From Candidatus Hadarchaeota archaeon (GTDB lineage Archaea > Hadarchaeota > Hadarchaeia > Hadarchaeales > JAGGTB01): a stretch of 49,992 nt of DNA. Made by a program: the position numbers and the translations under genes. The notes under the pieces are model-generated. The model was not told the DNA's origin. It ran no database searches and worked only from the letters and a program-made list of their open reading frames with translations. Every line of letters starts with the position of its first letter. The stretch's first letter is position 1. Shown here piece after piece: positions 27,590 through 35,195 of this stretch. The stretch spans positions 1 through 49,992 of the forward strand of contig CAYLJV010000007.1 of NCBI GenBank assembly GCA_964384105.1. The letters run 5' to 3'.

Positions 27590-27770
27590 TTACGACAGGT
27601 CCACCGATATAATGATGATTGAGCTTTCTGAGGAGAATATTGATCATGCCGAGGAAGTGGACAACATGATAATTCATCTGTCCAAGGATGGAACGCCGGT
27701 GTTGCTGGAGATACTGGATTCCCGGGAGTTCCTTTCAAAACTCAGCAAGATGATTGAGGCTCCTATATGA
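27579..27770 (+). CDS. DUF2283 family protein
   Basis: YDRSTDIMMIEL...IIHLSKDGTPVLLEILD. Confidence 0.85.
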   Translation: MKFDYDRSTDIMMIELSEENIDHAEEVDNMIIHLSKDGTPVLLEILDSREFLSKLSKMIEAPI

Positions 27771-28036
27771 AATAAATCCGGAGCGATATGGAGTGTAATA
27801 CCCAGATACTTGTTAATCTCCCGCGAAGTTTCCGAACTGTTGACGAGGGCTTTCGGAAATCCACGTCTTAATTGCTATACTTGCACAAAAATTGTCTATT
27901 AATTTTAATTTAATCAGTTGACTGCTCCTCATATTTGGGAAAAAGTTTCTGATCGATAACGATTTTATTTGGTTTTGAAACGGTAAGTTGGCTTTTTCGT
28001 GGTTTGTTTTCTGAATCAATTGATTTTACGGGAAAT

Positions 28037-28064
28037 GTAGTTTGTTACAGGTGTAACAGAAAAT
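28037..28064. other. dif-like 11-6-11 site (spacer is the reverse complement of the 23549 spacer)
   Basis: GTAGTTTGTTA CAGGTG TAACAGAAAAT; lies between convergent gene ends. Confidence 0.65.
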
Positions 28065-28098
28065 CTTGCTACATCAGAATTTTTAAAATAGACTGAGA

Positions 28099-28356
28099 TT
28101 AACGATAAGCTTGAGGTCTCTTGTCCACGGCTAAAATATTGATCTCCTGATTTTCGTCGTTCTTCGAAAAGAAAATCCTGAAGTCTCCAATCCGGTATCG
28201 AAGACATTCGTATTTACCAATGAATTTGATGTTTCTCTTCCTATCCGGATTCTCGGCGAACCATTCAATCTTATCGATGATCCTTTCCTTATCTTCCAGT
28301 TCCAGTTTCCCCAGGTCTTTTACGACATTCTTTTTCCAGTATATGTCGTAACTCAT
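28099..28356 (-). CDS. relE: RelE family toxin
   Basis: KDLGKL...RIIDKI...LRYRIGDFRIFF...VDKRPQAYR. Confidence 0.92.
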   Translation of the reverse strand: MSYDIYWKKNVVKDLGKLELEDKERIIDKIEWFAENPDRKRNIKFIGKYECLRYRIGDFRIFFSKNDENQEINILAVDKRPQAYR

Positions 28357-28550
28357 AGACCTAGCATCTCTTTAACTTTCCTGTGAGGTATGCTCTCCTG
28401 TTTCTTTGCTTCTTCTATCCGCTTCTTAAGTCTGGCTTCTCTCTCATCCAGAAGCTCGGATATGATTTCGTCGTAGGTTTCTCTTGGAAAGTCCTTCTCC
28501 TCTTCTAACCTCTTCTTAGTCTTTTCTGAGACCTGGACCGTTGTTGGCAT
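28353..28550 (-). CDS. RHH-type antitoxin
   Basis: TTVQVSEKTKKRL...ETYDEII; ATGA overlap with relE. Confidence 0.85.
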   Translation of the reverse strand: MPTTVQVSEKTKKRLEEEKDFPRETYDEIISELLDEREARLKKRIEEAKKQESIPHRKVKEMLGL

Positions 28551-28703
28551 TGTAATGCACCATAGAGAGCTATAGTTAACTACAGTATTAAAAATTACCC
28601 AGTGGAACAGGAGGAAAAATTTTAGTTATATTGGAAAAAAATGGGTTTAATTTCTCTTCTGAGGTACAGTGACTAATGAAGTTCCAAATAAGTAGTATAT
28701 TCT

Positions 28704-28907
28704 CTACTTCTTAGCTGCCAATTGTATATCAGAATCTCTTACGGTTTTGCGTCCAGCGTGCTCAGAGAGTTCAGTTGCATCTTTCGCGATAGTCATAGCG
28801 TATTCTTCCAGTATCTTCGCTAGTTCCCTGCTTGCACTCTCACTCACCCTATTTGCTCCAGCTTTTCTAATAACACGGTCAACAGCCGCGATAGGTAATT
28901 CAGACGT
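28704..28907 (-). CDS. Second archaeal histone with an ACG start (pseudogene or non-canonical start)
   Basis: (ACG)SELPIAAVDRVIRKAGANRVSESASRELAKILEEYAMTIAKDATELSEHAGRKTVRDSDIQLAAKK*; same length as copy 1; GAGGTG RBS retained. Confidence 0.85.
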   Translation of the reverse strand, partial: TSELPIAAVDRVIRKAGANRVSESASRELAKILEEYAMTIAKDATELSEHAGRKTVRDSDIQLAAKK

Positions 28908-29381
28908 TTAATAACACCTCTTTGAATTTTATGGTAGATTAAAGATAAATAAATTACCCTAGAAGGTCTCTAAAAGCATTTTTGATAATAATGAATTTTA
29001 AAAACTTTTTTATCTATAAAAAAGTCCTAATTTACTTTCTATAAATAATAATAATAGCAAGAGGTAACTAAAAATCAGTGATAAGTTTCGTATTTTTCTT
29101 TTTTTCGAAGTCATTTTTTTCTTTTGGTTCTTTTGAGCTATAGGTATTTTTCAAAGGGGAAGTTTTGAAGATCGACGAGGGGAGGCGGAAGGTCAGGGAG
29201 CTTACGGGGAGGGAGTAATGCTAGAAAATGTTGGATCAAAAATTCTGGCTAGTAGTTCTGTATGTTCATACTTGTGAATTTGTAGCGAATCATTTTTGAG
29301 GTTCTCGGCAGTATGGTCAAGCACCTTGAGGTCGGAGTCTTTAACAATACGATGATATATCTAAATATATTGGGATATATC

Positions 29382-29837
29382 ATGAGGGGGGTCACGACTA
29401 TAAGAGTCCATAGGGAAACGAAGGAGGAGCTGGATGAGTTCAAAATCCACGATAGGGAACCCTACGAGGAGGTATTGAAAAGGCTGATGAAAAAGGCGGC
29501 AGAAAAAAACAAATTTATAGAAAGGGAAAAGGCCGTGAAGTTGTTTATCGAAGAAATTAGGGGGGAGTACGGGGAAAAAGTAGATGATATAATACTTTAC
29601 GGAAGTTATGCACGGGGTGAAGCCGGCGCAGATAGCGACGTGGACGTCCTCATCGTCTTGAACGGGGACCTCTCGAAGGGTAGAGAGCGTGCGGCCGAAC
29701 TAGCCACGGAAGCATTATTAAAGCACGGCACTATCATATCGCCCAAGATGGTCTCCCCTGAAAACTATGAAGCCATGAAAAAGATGAAACTACCCTTTAT
29801 CGAGAATGTGCGGAACGAGGGAATAAAGGTTGGATAA
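29382..29837 (+). CDS. RHH plus minimal nucleotidyltransferase antitoxin fusion
   Basis: TTIRVHRETKEEL...EPYEEVL followed by ILYGSYARGEA..SDVDVLIV. Confidence 0.85.
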   Translation: MRGVTTIRVHRETKEELDEFKIHDREPYEEVLKRLMKKAAEKNKFIEREKAVKLFIEEIRGEYGEKVDDIILYGSYARGEAGADSDVDVLIVLNGDLSKGRERAAELATEALLKHGTIISPKMVSPENYEAMKKMKLPFIENVRNEGIKVG

Positions 29838-30207
29838 GGTAGTAGAACAAAATTTGGAAAGGGCAAAAGACAGGTTGGACGCCGCCCAATTACTCTTGGA
29901 TAACGGAAAGTTTGAAGACTCCATCAATCGAGCCTACTATTCGATGTACCACTCCGCGATGGCTCTGCTCCGAACGAAAGATGTTTCGCCGAAAACCCAT
30001 AAGGGCTTGATCGGAGAGTTCGGAAAGAGGTTTGTCAAAACCGGAGAGGTGGATAAAAACTTCTCCAAAATGCTTTCACACGCCGAATCCTTGCGAGAAT
30101 CCGCAGACTATGGAATAGAGCCAGAGATCGAATCAGAGGATGCGGCGAAAACCGTGAAAAACGCAGAGGAGTTTCTCGCGATGGCGAAAAAACAACTATC
30201 AAAATAA
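29830..30207 (+). CDS. HEPN-domain protein
   Basis: NRAYYSMYH, KTHKGLI, LRESADY. Confidence 0.9.
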   Translation: MDKVVEQNLERAKDRLDAAQLLLDNGKFEDSINRAYYSMYHSAMALLRTKDVSPKTHKGLIGEFGKRFVKTGEVDKNFSKMLSHAESLRESADYGIEPEIESEDAAKTVKNAEEFLAMAKKQLSK

Positions 30208-30287
30208 ATGCTTTCACCACTCTAAAAGGCTGAAAATAGCTGATTGCTTCAATATTCTCACTTTTTTAATCTTCAGAATTTTTTCGG

Positions 30288-30746
30288 TTGCATTCACAGA
30301 TCCCAAATCGGAAACTGGACGAGATAGCAGATGAGAAGAGAAAGTGGTTCAAACTCGAGAAGGACGAAAGGGGAAGGCAAAAATTGAGTCCCTCAAAAAA
30401 TAATAACGAGGAAGGGTTTAGAATGTCATCGTTGGATTCAAAGACCAGAGTAGAAGACTGTCTCGTACTAAAACAGGGGGCCGAAATAGATAGGTCTCAC
30501 TCTATCAAGGGGCAAAAAGACAGGACAGACATCCTGAACTTGCTGATAAACGACGATATAGACCATGAAAGATATTATGGCATCCTTTCAAAGGACGGGC
30601 TCGAAAAATATTCGGAGAGATTGCGCAATATAGTTAACAATGCGAAAAAAGAGTTCTCGTATCTTGGGGTGGAGAACTTGAGAAAAAGAAAGCTCCTGAA
30701 AGGCAAAATTACCGAAAAACTAGAAAAAGCAATGAGGAGAAAATAA
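30288..30746 (+). pseudogene. Probable C-terminal remnant of an archaeal NTase-like gene
   Basis: LVLKQGAE...KGQKDRTDIL resembles the K..KD..D tail of the other NTases here; no N-terminal GG motif. Confidence 0.35.
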
Positions 30747-31113
30747 TCTTTTAAAGCGATTGTTTTGATTTTTCAAAAAGCCTTACAAAGCGTGCTCTTG
30801 AGCTGAGCAACCGTATATTCACCTTACAGTTTCACGGTCACAGTCACTTGCTTTACTGTTTCTTGCTAAATTTTCGCAAAATGTACTGCTTTTCTGGGGA
30901 AGATCGGTATATTGATTAGTGAAGTTCTATATTTTTGATGAATTGGTAAGTCCGTTTTTCGCTGAGTTATTGGCCTTCCGGAGGCTTTGATTGTTTTTAC
31001 GAGAATTGGATAAGTTTGATTCTTTTGTTCCATATGAGGCAAAAATAAGAGAATTAGATTTTTCTTGTCAGTCGTTTTCATGTTTCATTGCTTTAGATTT
31101 TTTAGAACCCGTT

Positions 31114-31803
31114 CTACCTTTGCTTTATCTCACTAATTTCGCTGGTCTTTGACAACTCTCGACGGAGTGTGGATCCTTCGTCCCTAAGAGATTCCAGCGT
31201 TTTAGATATCCGTGATTGAGCAAGTTCGTTCCAATCATCAATACTTTTGATCAAATTCGATACTTTATCGACATTCGATTTCAAAATCAGTAAGCAACCG
31301 TCGTACATGTTTTTGAACAACGGAGGTAGACCCAGTTTGTTTGCGACGAAGTAATTAATATTTGGCACTTGGATAAGTACCTGGATGCTTTCATCCATCG
31401 AGACCACTTTCTTTTCTACGGTTTTTTCTAGATCGAACTCAAAGTAGTGATATTCGTCTATTTCGTAGATTCTCGGTCTGGAGATTTCTACTTTTATCTT
31501 CAGATTATCTCGTTTCATATCAATCTCACGTTTTGGTTCGTAGGGAATCGTTGCGCGGTATCCCCAGTTCTCGTCAATCACAGAGAAACCCTTCTCTTCG
31601 AGGATCTGGTGTGTTCGGCTCAATTCTCGTTCTTCGGCGATTCCATCTACATCAAAAGTATAGCGGACGTGCTCGTTTCCACCATGAGCCCTAGCGGACT
31701 ATCCCCCGATCACTACAATATGCTTTTCAATTTCGCGTAAAATGCGCAGAGATTTGTTCTCTATATTGTTTTTCACCTGTTCGGGTAATTCGTGAAGTCT
31801 CAA
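31114..31803 (-). pseudogene. Nucleotidyltransferase with an in-frame TAG in the IGG(W) motif
   Basis: TTG start overlaps the upstream stop; reads IVVIGG*SARAH...RYTFDVD and continues in frame into ORF 31114..31623. Confidence 0.8.
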
Positions 31804-32816
31804 AGATTTTTCACCTCCTGGACGAACGCGGCTATCGAAAAACGTATTTTTACGTTCCATTTTTTTTCGTATTCCCCAATCCACTCTATTTCGAGTTCTT
31901 CTTCCACAGCTTTTCCCGTTCTGGGAAATCTTTGAACTTTATTTGATTTATTCTGGTAAAATTTTTCTATGGTGGTCTTTGGCACTAAAGAGGGTGCAAA
32001 TCTTCGAACCAAATCGAACCAAAACCCGGTCTGGTTGACGAAATTATGTTTCTCGGATAAATCGAGCAATTTATCGAAGTCTAGATTCCAAGCTACGAGC
32101 ATGTGCAGACAGAATTCTTGTGCCCCGTTGATTGTACTCAACTGATCCAGAAATACTTCCTCTTGATTCAGATTTTTAAGGACGGAAGTTATATCGATGC
32201 TTTCCTTGCCTGTGCTATAAATCCAAGACCAGTCCCCCTCACCTGTAGAAACTCCCCTTTCAAGTTCATCGTAAAGAAGATTCTCCGCAATTTCGGGTGT
32301 TCCTGCCAACCTCTTGGATGGCATTCTCCCCGGATAGGGAATCTCCAGAGGAGTTGGTTTTTCCAGGTATAGTCGTAATTCTCGGTTTAAAGGATGGTCG
32401 CTTATCTCTATTTCCAACGGTTTTAATTTTTTTTCTTCCACTAAATTAGACCGTCTGAAAAAGTTCACGATCTCTCTCACAGTAGGGTAGGAGAGTTCGG
32501 TTATTTCCACGAGGTCCGCTAGAGTAGTGGATTCCTTAAGGGATTTCCAAACCTCGAGGTGGCTCTCCCTTAACAGACGTTCGGGATCAATGCCGTGAGT
32601 TATTGCCAAAATGTGTATTCGTCTCAATCTCTGAGCCTTACTGTTGTTGGCCACCGTTACGATCTTGTTCTTAATCTCCACCAGATTTTTTTCTTCGAGC
32701 AAGTTGAGAGCTCTGTAGATCGAAGACTTGGAATATCCTTTCAATTTCTTGGGAAGGTTGGCCTTTTCTTGACTTTTAAGAGCAATTGCGATGAAAGTTG
32801 CAGTTTCGGCGTCCAT
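31800..32816 (-). CDS. Tandem wHTH regulator, putative antitoxin of the NTase
   Basis: GYSKSSIYRALNLLEEKNLV; LADLVEITELSYPTVREIV. Confidence 0.65.
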   Translation of the reverse strand: MDAETATFIAIALKSQEKANLPKKLKGYSKSSIYRALNLLEEKNLVEIKNKIVTVANNSKAQRLRRIHILAITHGIDPERLLRESHLEVWKSLKESTTLADLVEITELSYPTVREIVNFFRRSNLVEEKKLKPLEIEISDHPLNRELRLYLEKPTPLEIPYPGRMPSKRLAGTPEIAENLLYDELERGVSTGEGDWSWIYSTGKESIDITSVLKNLNQEEVFLDQLSTINGAQEFCLHMLVAWNLDFDKLLDLSEKHNFVNQTGFWFDLVRRFAPSLVPKTTIEKFYQNKSNKVQRFPRTGKAVEEELEIEWIGEYEKKWNVKIRFSIAAFVQEVKNL

Positions 32817-32950
32817 CTTCTTAATAACCTATTTATTACTGTTATTGGAGTTATTTATAAGTATTTTCCAAAAATAGTATTAAATATTAATAGAATCACA
32901 TCTGGAAAAACATTTGGTTTAGAGACGAGATGAGTGACAAATACTTTCAC

Positions 32951-33163
32951 CTAATGAATCAATCCGTGTTTTTTTGCGATTTCTTTTGCGTCTTTTTCAG
33001 AAAGTTTGCTTCTTGAAGAGATAGATTTGACGAGTTCCAGCTTGGTTAGGTGGTTTTTAACGGCTCTTCTCATGATTTCGCTCCAGTTTACTTCGTTGTG
33101 TTTTTCTATTTTTGATTTCAAATCTTCTGATACTTCAGTGTGGGAATATCGATAACTTGTCAT
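32951..33163 (-). CDS. Orphan or degraded RHH antitoxin
   Basis: VSEDLKSKIEKHNEVNWSEIMRRAV...SKLSEKDA; no toxin follows. Confidence 0.55.
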   Translation of the reverse strand: MTSYRYSHTEVSEDLKSKIEKHNEVNWSEIMRRAVKNHLTKLELVKSISSRSKLSEKDAKEIAKKHGLIH

Positions 33164-33299
33164 TGAGAATGTAAATAAATGTTGATAATCAAAGTTGATT
33201 ACTTTCATTATCCCTTGTCATTCCCGACGCGAAACAGTCAGCGTGTTGAGTTGATTTTTCCATAATTTCCGCCAACAAATTCTAAGGTCTCAATTTTCA

Positions 33300-33440
33300 C
33301 TATCTTCTGCCGTAAAGAGACTTCACTACATATGCCAGGGATAGCGCGATACTTATTCTGATAAATGCCATGATCCAAGCGAGCTCTTTGGGTGGGTCGT
33401 AGACCCCGTCCTCTCCGGCAACGCCGACCGTCGTTTTGAT
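33300..33440 (-). pseudogene. Orphan C-terminal anchor fragment paralogous to the 35196..37337 protein
   Basis: VAGEDGVYDPPKELAWIMAFIRISIALSLAYVVKSLYGRR* versus VAGEDGVYDPPKELAWVIAFIGIAIALALAYVAKSIYGKNR. Confidence 0.85.
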
Positions 33441-33575
33441 AGATCTGAGGAATCACAAGTGTTTCAAAAAATATTGAAACATCTATAAATAAAGGATTAG
33501 CAGTTTTGAAACGAAGTGATTTTGATGAAAAAGGTCAAATATCTCGTTTGCTTTTGACTGAAAAGGAATTTTACC

Positions 33576-34403
33576 TTAAACACTAGAAAGCCGGTTTATC
33601 ACACTTCGAATAAGGTCTATTTCTACTCGTAAAAGGTTAGCTGCGGACTCAAATATTTCATTATTCAAACTTTTTTCAAGCCGGACGAGTTTTTCGTGTG
33701 GAGCTAGACTCTCAACTTTTTCCCTTATTTCCTCGTAAGGTTCGGTGTACCAAAGTATTGAATATAGGTCGACAAGGTCCTTCGCTCTTTTATGCCCTTT
33801 TTCTCTGTCGGGCAGGGAGCAAATTTTCATTAACGCTAAAACTTCTGGATTGGGGATAAAAACTGAGTCTGAAAGTTTCCAAGCTACATATTCTTTGAGA
33901 ATCTTTGCCCTTTCTTTCTCGAAGACATGTTTAAGAAGGGGTTCGGCTGGGGGTTGGAAGCCGAAGGCTTCCTCAAAATTTCTCAAGTTTTGGTTGTCGG
34001 GTAGAATATCGACTGAGACGGTGAAAATTTGATGCATCGGTAATTTTTTTGCGTCGTCTTCAGTCAGACGATTCATTGTTTCGTGATGGAAATTTACCTC
34101 GTAACCAAATCTGCTCTTTGTATAGGAGAGTTCCTCTATCTTTCTTAGGGATCTTCCAATGGCTTTTTCTTTTAACTCGCTCGGCTTCCATGTTGGGTCG
34201 ACCGTGAAACCTAGATCAATATCTCTGGAACCTATATAATCGCGTGCTTGTTCCTCTTTGAACTTATCGTTGACGTGGAAGTGTACTGCCCATCCTCCAA
34301 TCAAAGCGACGGGTGATTCTATCACTTTGAGAACTTTTTCTAATTCTTGTTCTGATATTCGGATTAATCGATCGGCGTAATATTCTCTAACCAATTTAAT
34401 CAC
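33576..34403 (-). CDS. Nucleotidyltransferase (type IV TA-like toxin)
   Basis: LIGGWAV, GSRDIDLG, LMKI...KRAKDLVDLY. Confidence 0.8.
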   Translation of the reverse strand: MIKLVREYYADRLIRISEQELEKVLKVIESPVALIGGWAVHFHVNDKFKEEQARDYIGSRDIDLGFTVDPTWKPSELKEKAIGRSLRKIEELSYTKSRFGYEVNFHHETMNRLTEDDAKKLPMHQIFTVSVDILPDNQNLRNFEEAFGFQPPAEPLLKHVFEKERAKILKEYVAWKLSDSVFIPNPEVLALMKICSLPDREKGHKRAKDLVDLYSILWYTEPYEEIREKVESLAPHEKLVRLEKSLNNEIFESAANLLRVEIDLIRSVINRLSSV

Positions 34404-34998
34404 CGTGGATTTTTTTCAAGAGGTTATTTCCCGCTTCTTCGCACGGTCCGCCTTCTTCTAACAGGTCGATAATAAGTTGAGGTGTTGAAACGATTTTGAA
34501 TCCTTCAATTTTCTGATGGTTGAAGAACACGTGTTCATCCGTTGCTTTTAGTCTGGTGTTTTTTCCCCCAAAAACTCCTTTTTCTTTGATAAGATCGAGC
34601 CAGTTCTCAATATCCTCCTCTCGAACATAGAAATCAGTCGCCGAAGGAAATAACATTCCCTGTAACATATTTTCTCCCCGGTAAGTGGTTAGGACGTAAT
34701 CCATGTTTGTGTTTTGAATAATTTGGAGAGGTTCTTGAAAAGATACGGACAGAGAGTTTGGGTCTATACGGATCTTTCTCCACTCTTCATAGAGTTTTCT
34801 AGGTTTGAGAATTTTAGTGTCTTGAAGAATCCTCTTGGATTCCAGTCTCTCCGTGTATTCTCTACACCAAGGTTCTGAAACATTTGCTAACTTTGCAACC
34901 TTGTATTTAGTGATGTTCATTCTTTCGTAGTTTAGAAGCACGCGAATGATTCGTTCTTTTTTAAAGCCTCTTTCTCTATCCGGTTTCTTTAACAACAT
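34396..34998 (-). CDS. HTH plus AbiEi-like antitoxin
   Basis: TKYKVAKLANVS; TDFYV; IVSTPQLIIDLLEEGGPCEEA. Confidence 0.75.
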   Translation of the reverse strand: MLLKKPDRERGFKKERIIRVLLNYERMNITKYKVAKLANVSEPWCREYTERLESKRILQDTKILKPRKLYEEWRKIRIDPNSLSVSFQEPLQIIQNTNMDYVLTTYRGENMLQGMLFPSATDFYVREEDIENWLDLIKEKGVFGGKNTRLKATDEHVFFNHQKIEGFKIVSTPQLIIDLLEEGGPCEEAGNNLLKKIHGD

Positions 34999-35003
34999 TG
35001 TTA

Positions 35004-35077
35004 CATAGGTAAATCAGATCATTTATAAACTTAACCTATGCATAGGTAAAACCAACCACTTAAATAGCTAACCTATG
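35004..35077. promoter_or_regulatory. Double inverted-repeat operator
   Basis: CATAGGT-N23-ACCTATG occurs twice back to back, spanning the TTTATAAA box. Confidence 0.65.
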
Positions 35078-35195
35078 CAACCAACACTTGACCACAATGA
35101 AATAACTTCACATTTCACTTAAAAACGGACCTGTCGGCACTGTTAAATGGGGAGTTAACAAAAATTTCGTTTAAAACTGAGCAATCACACATTTT

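Noticed and set aside
30866-31081. 71-aa ORF, and similar short ORFs at 27813..28019 and 20588..20770
   Set aside because: No motif, partner or RBS support
31699-31701. Pyrrolysine recoding of the TAG
   Set aside because: The position corresponds to a conserved Trp one transition away, and no pyl genes are in the window
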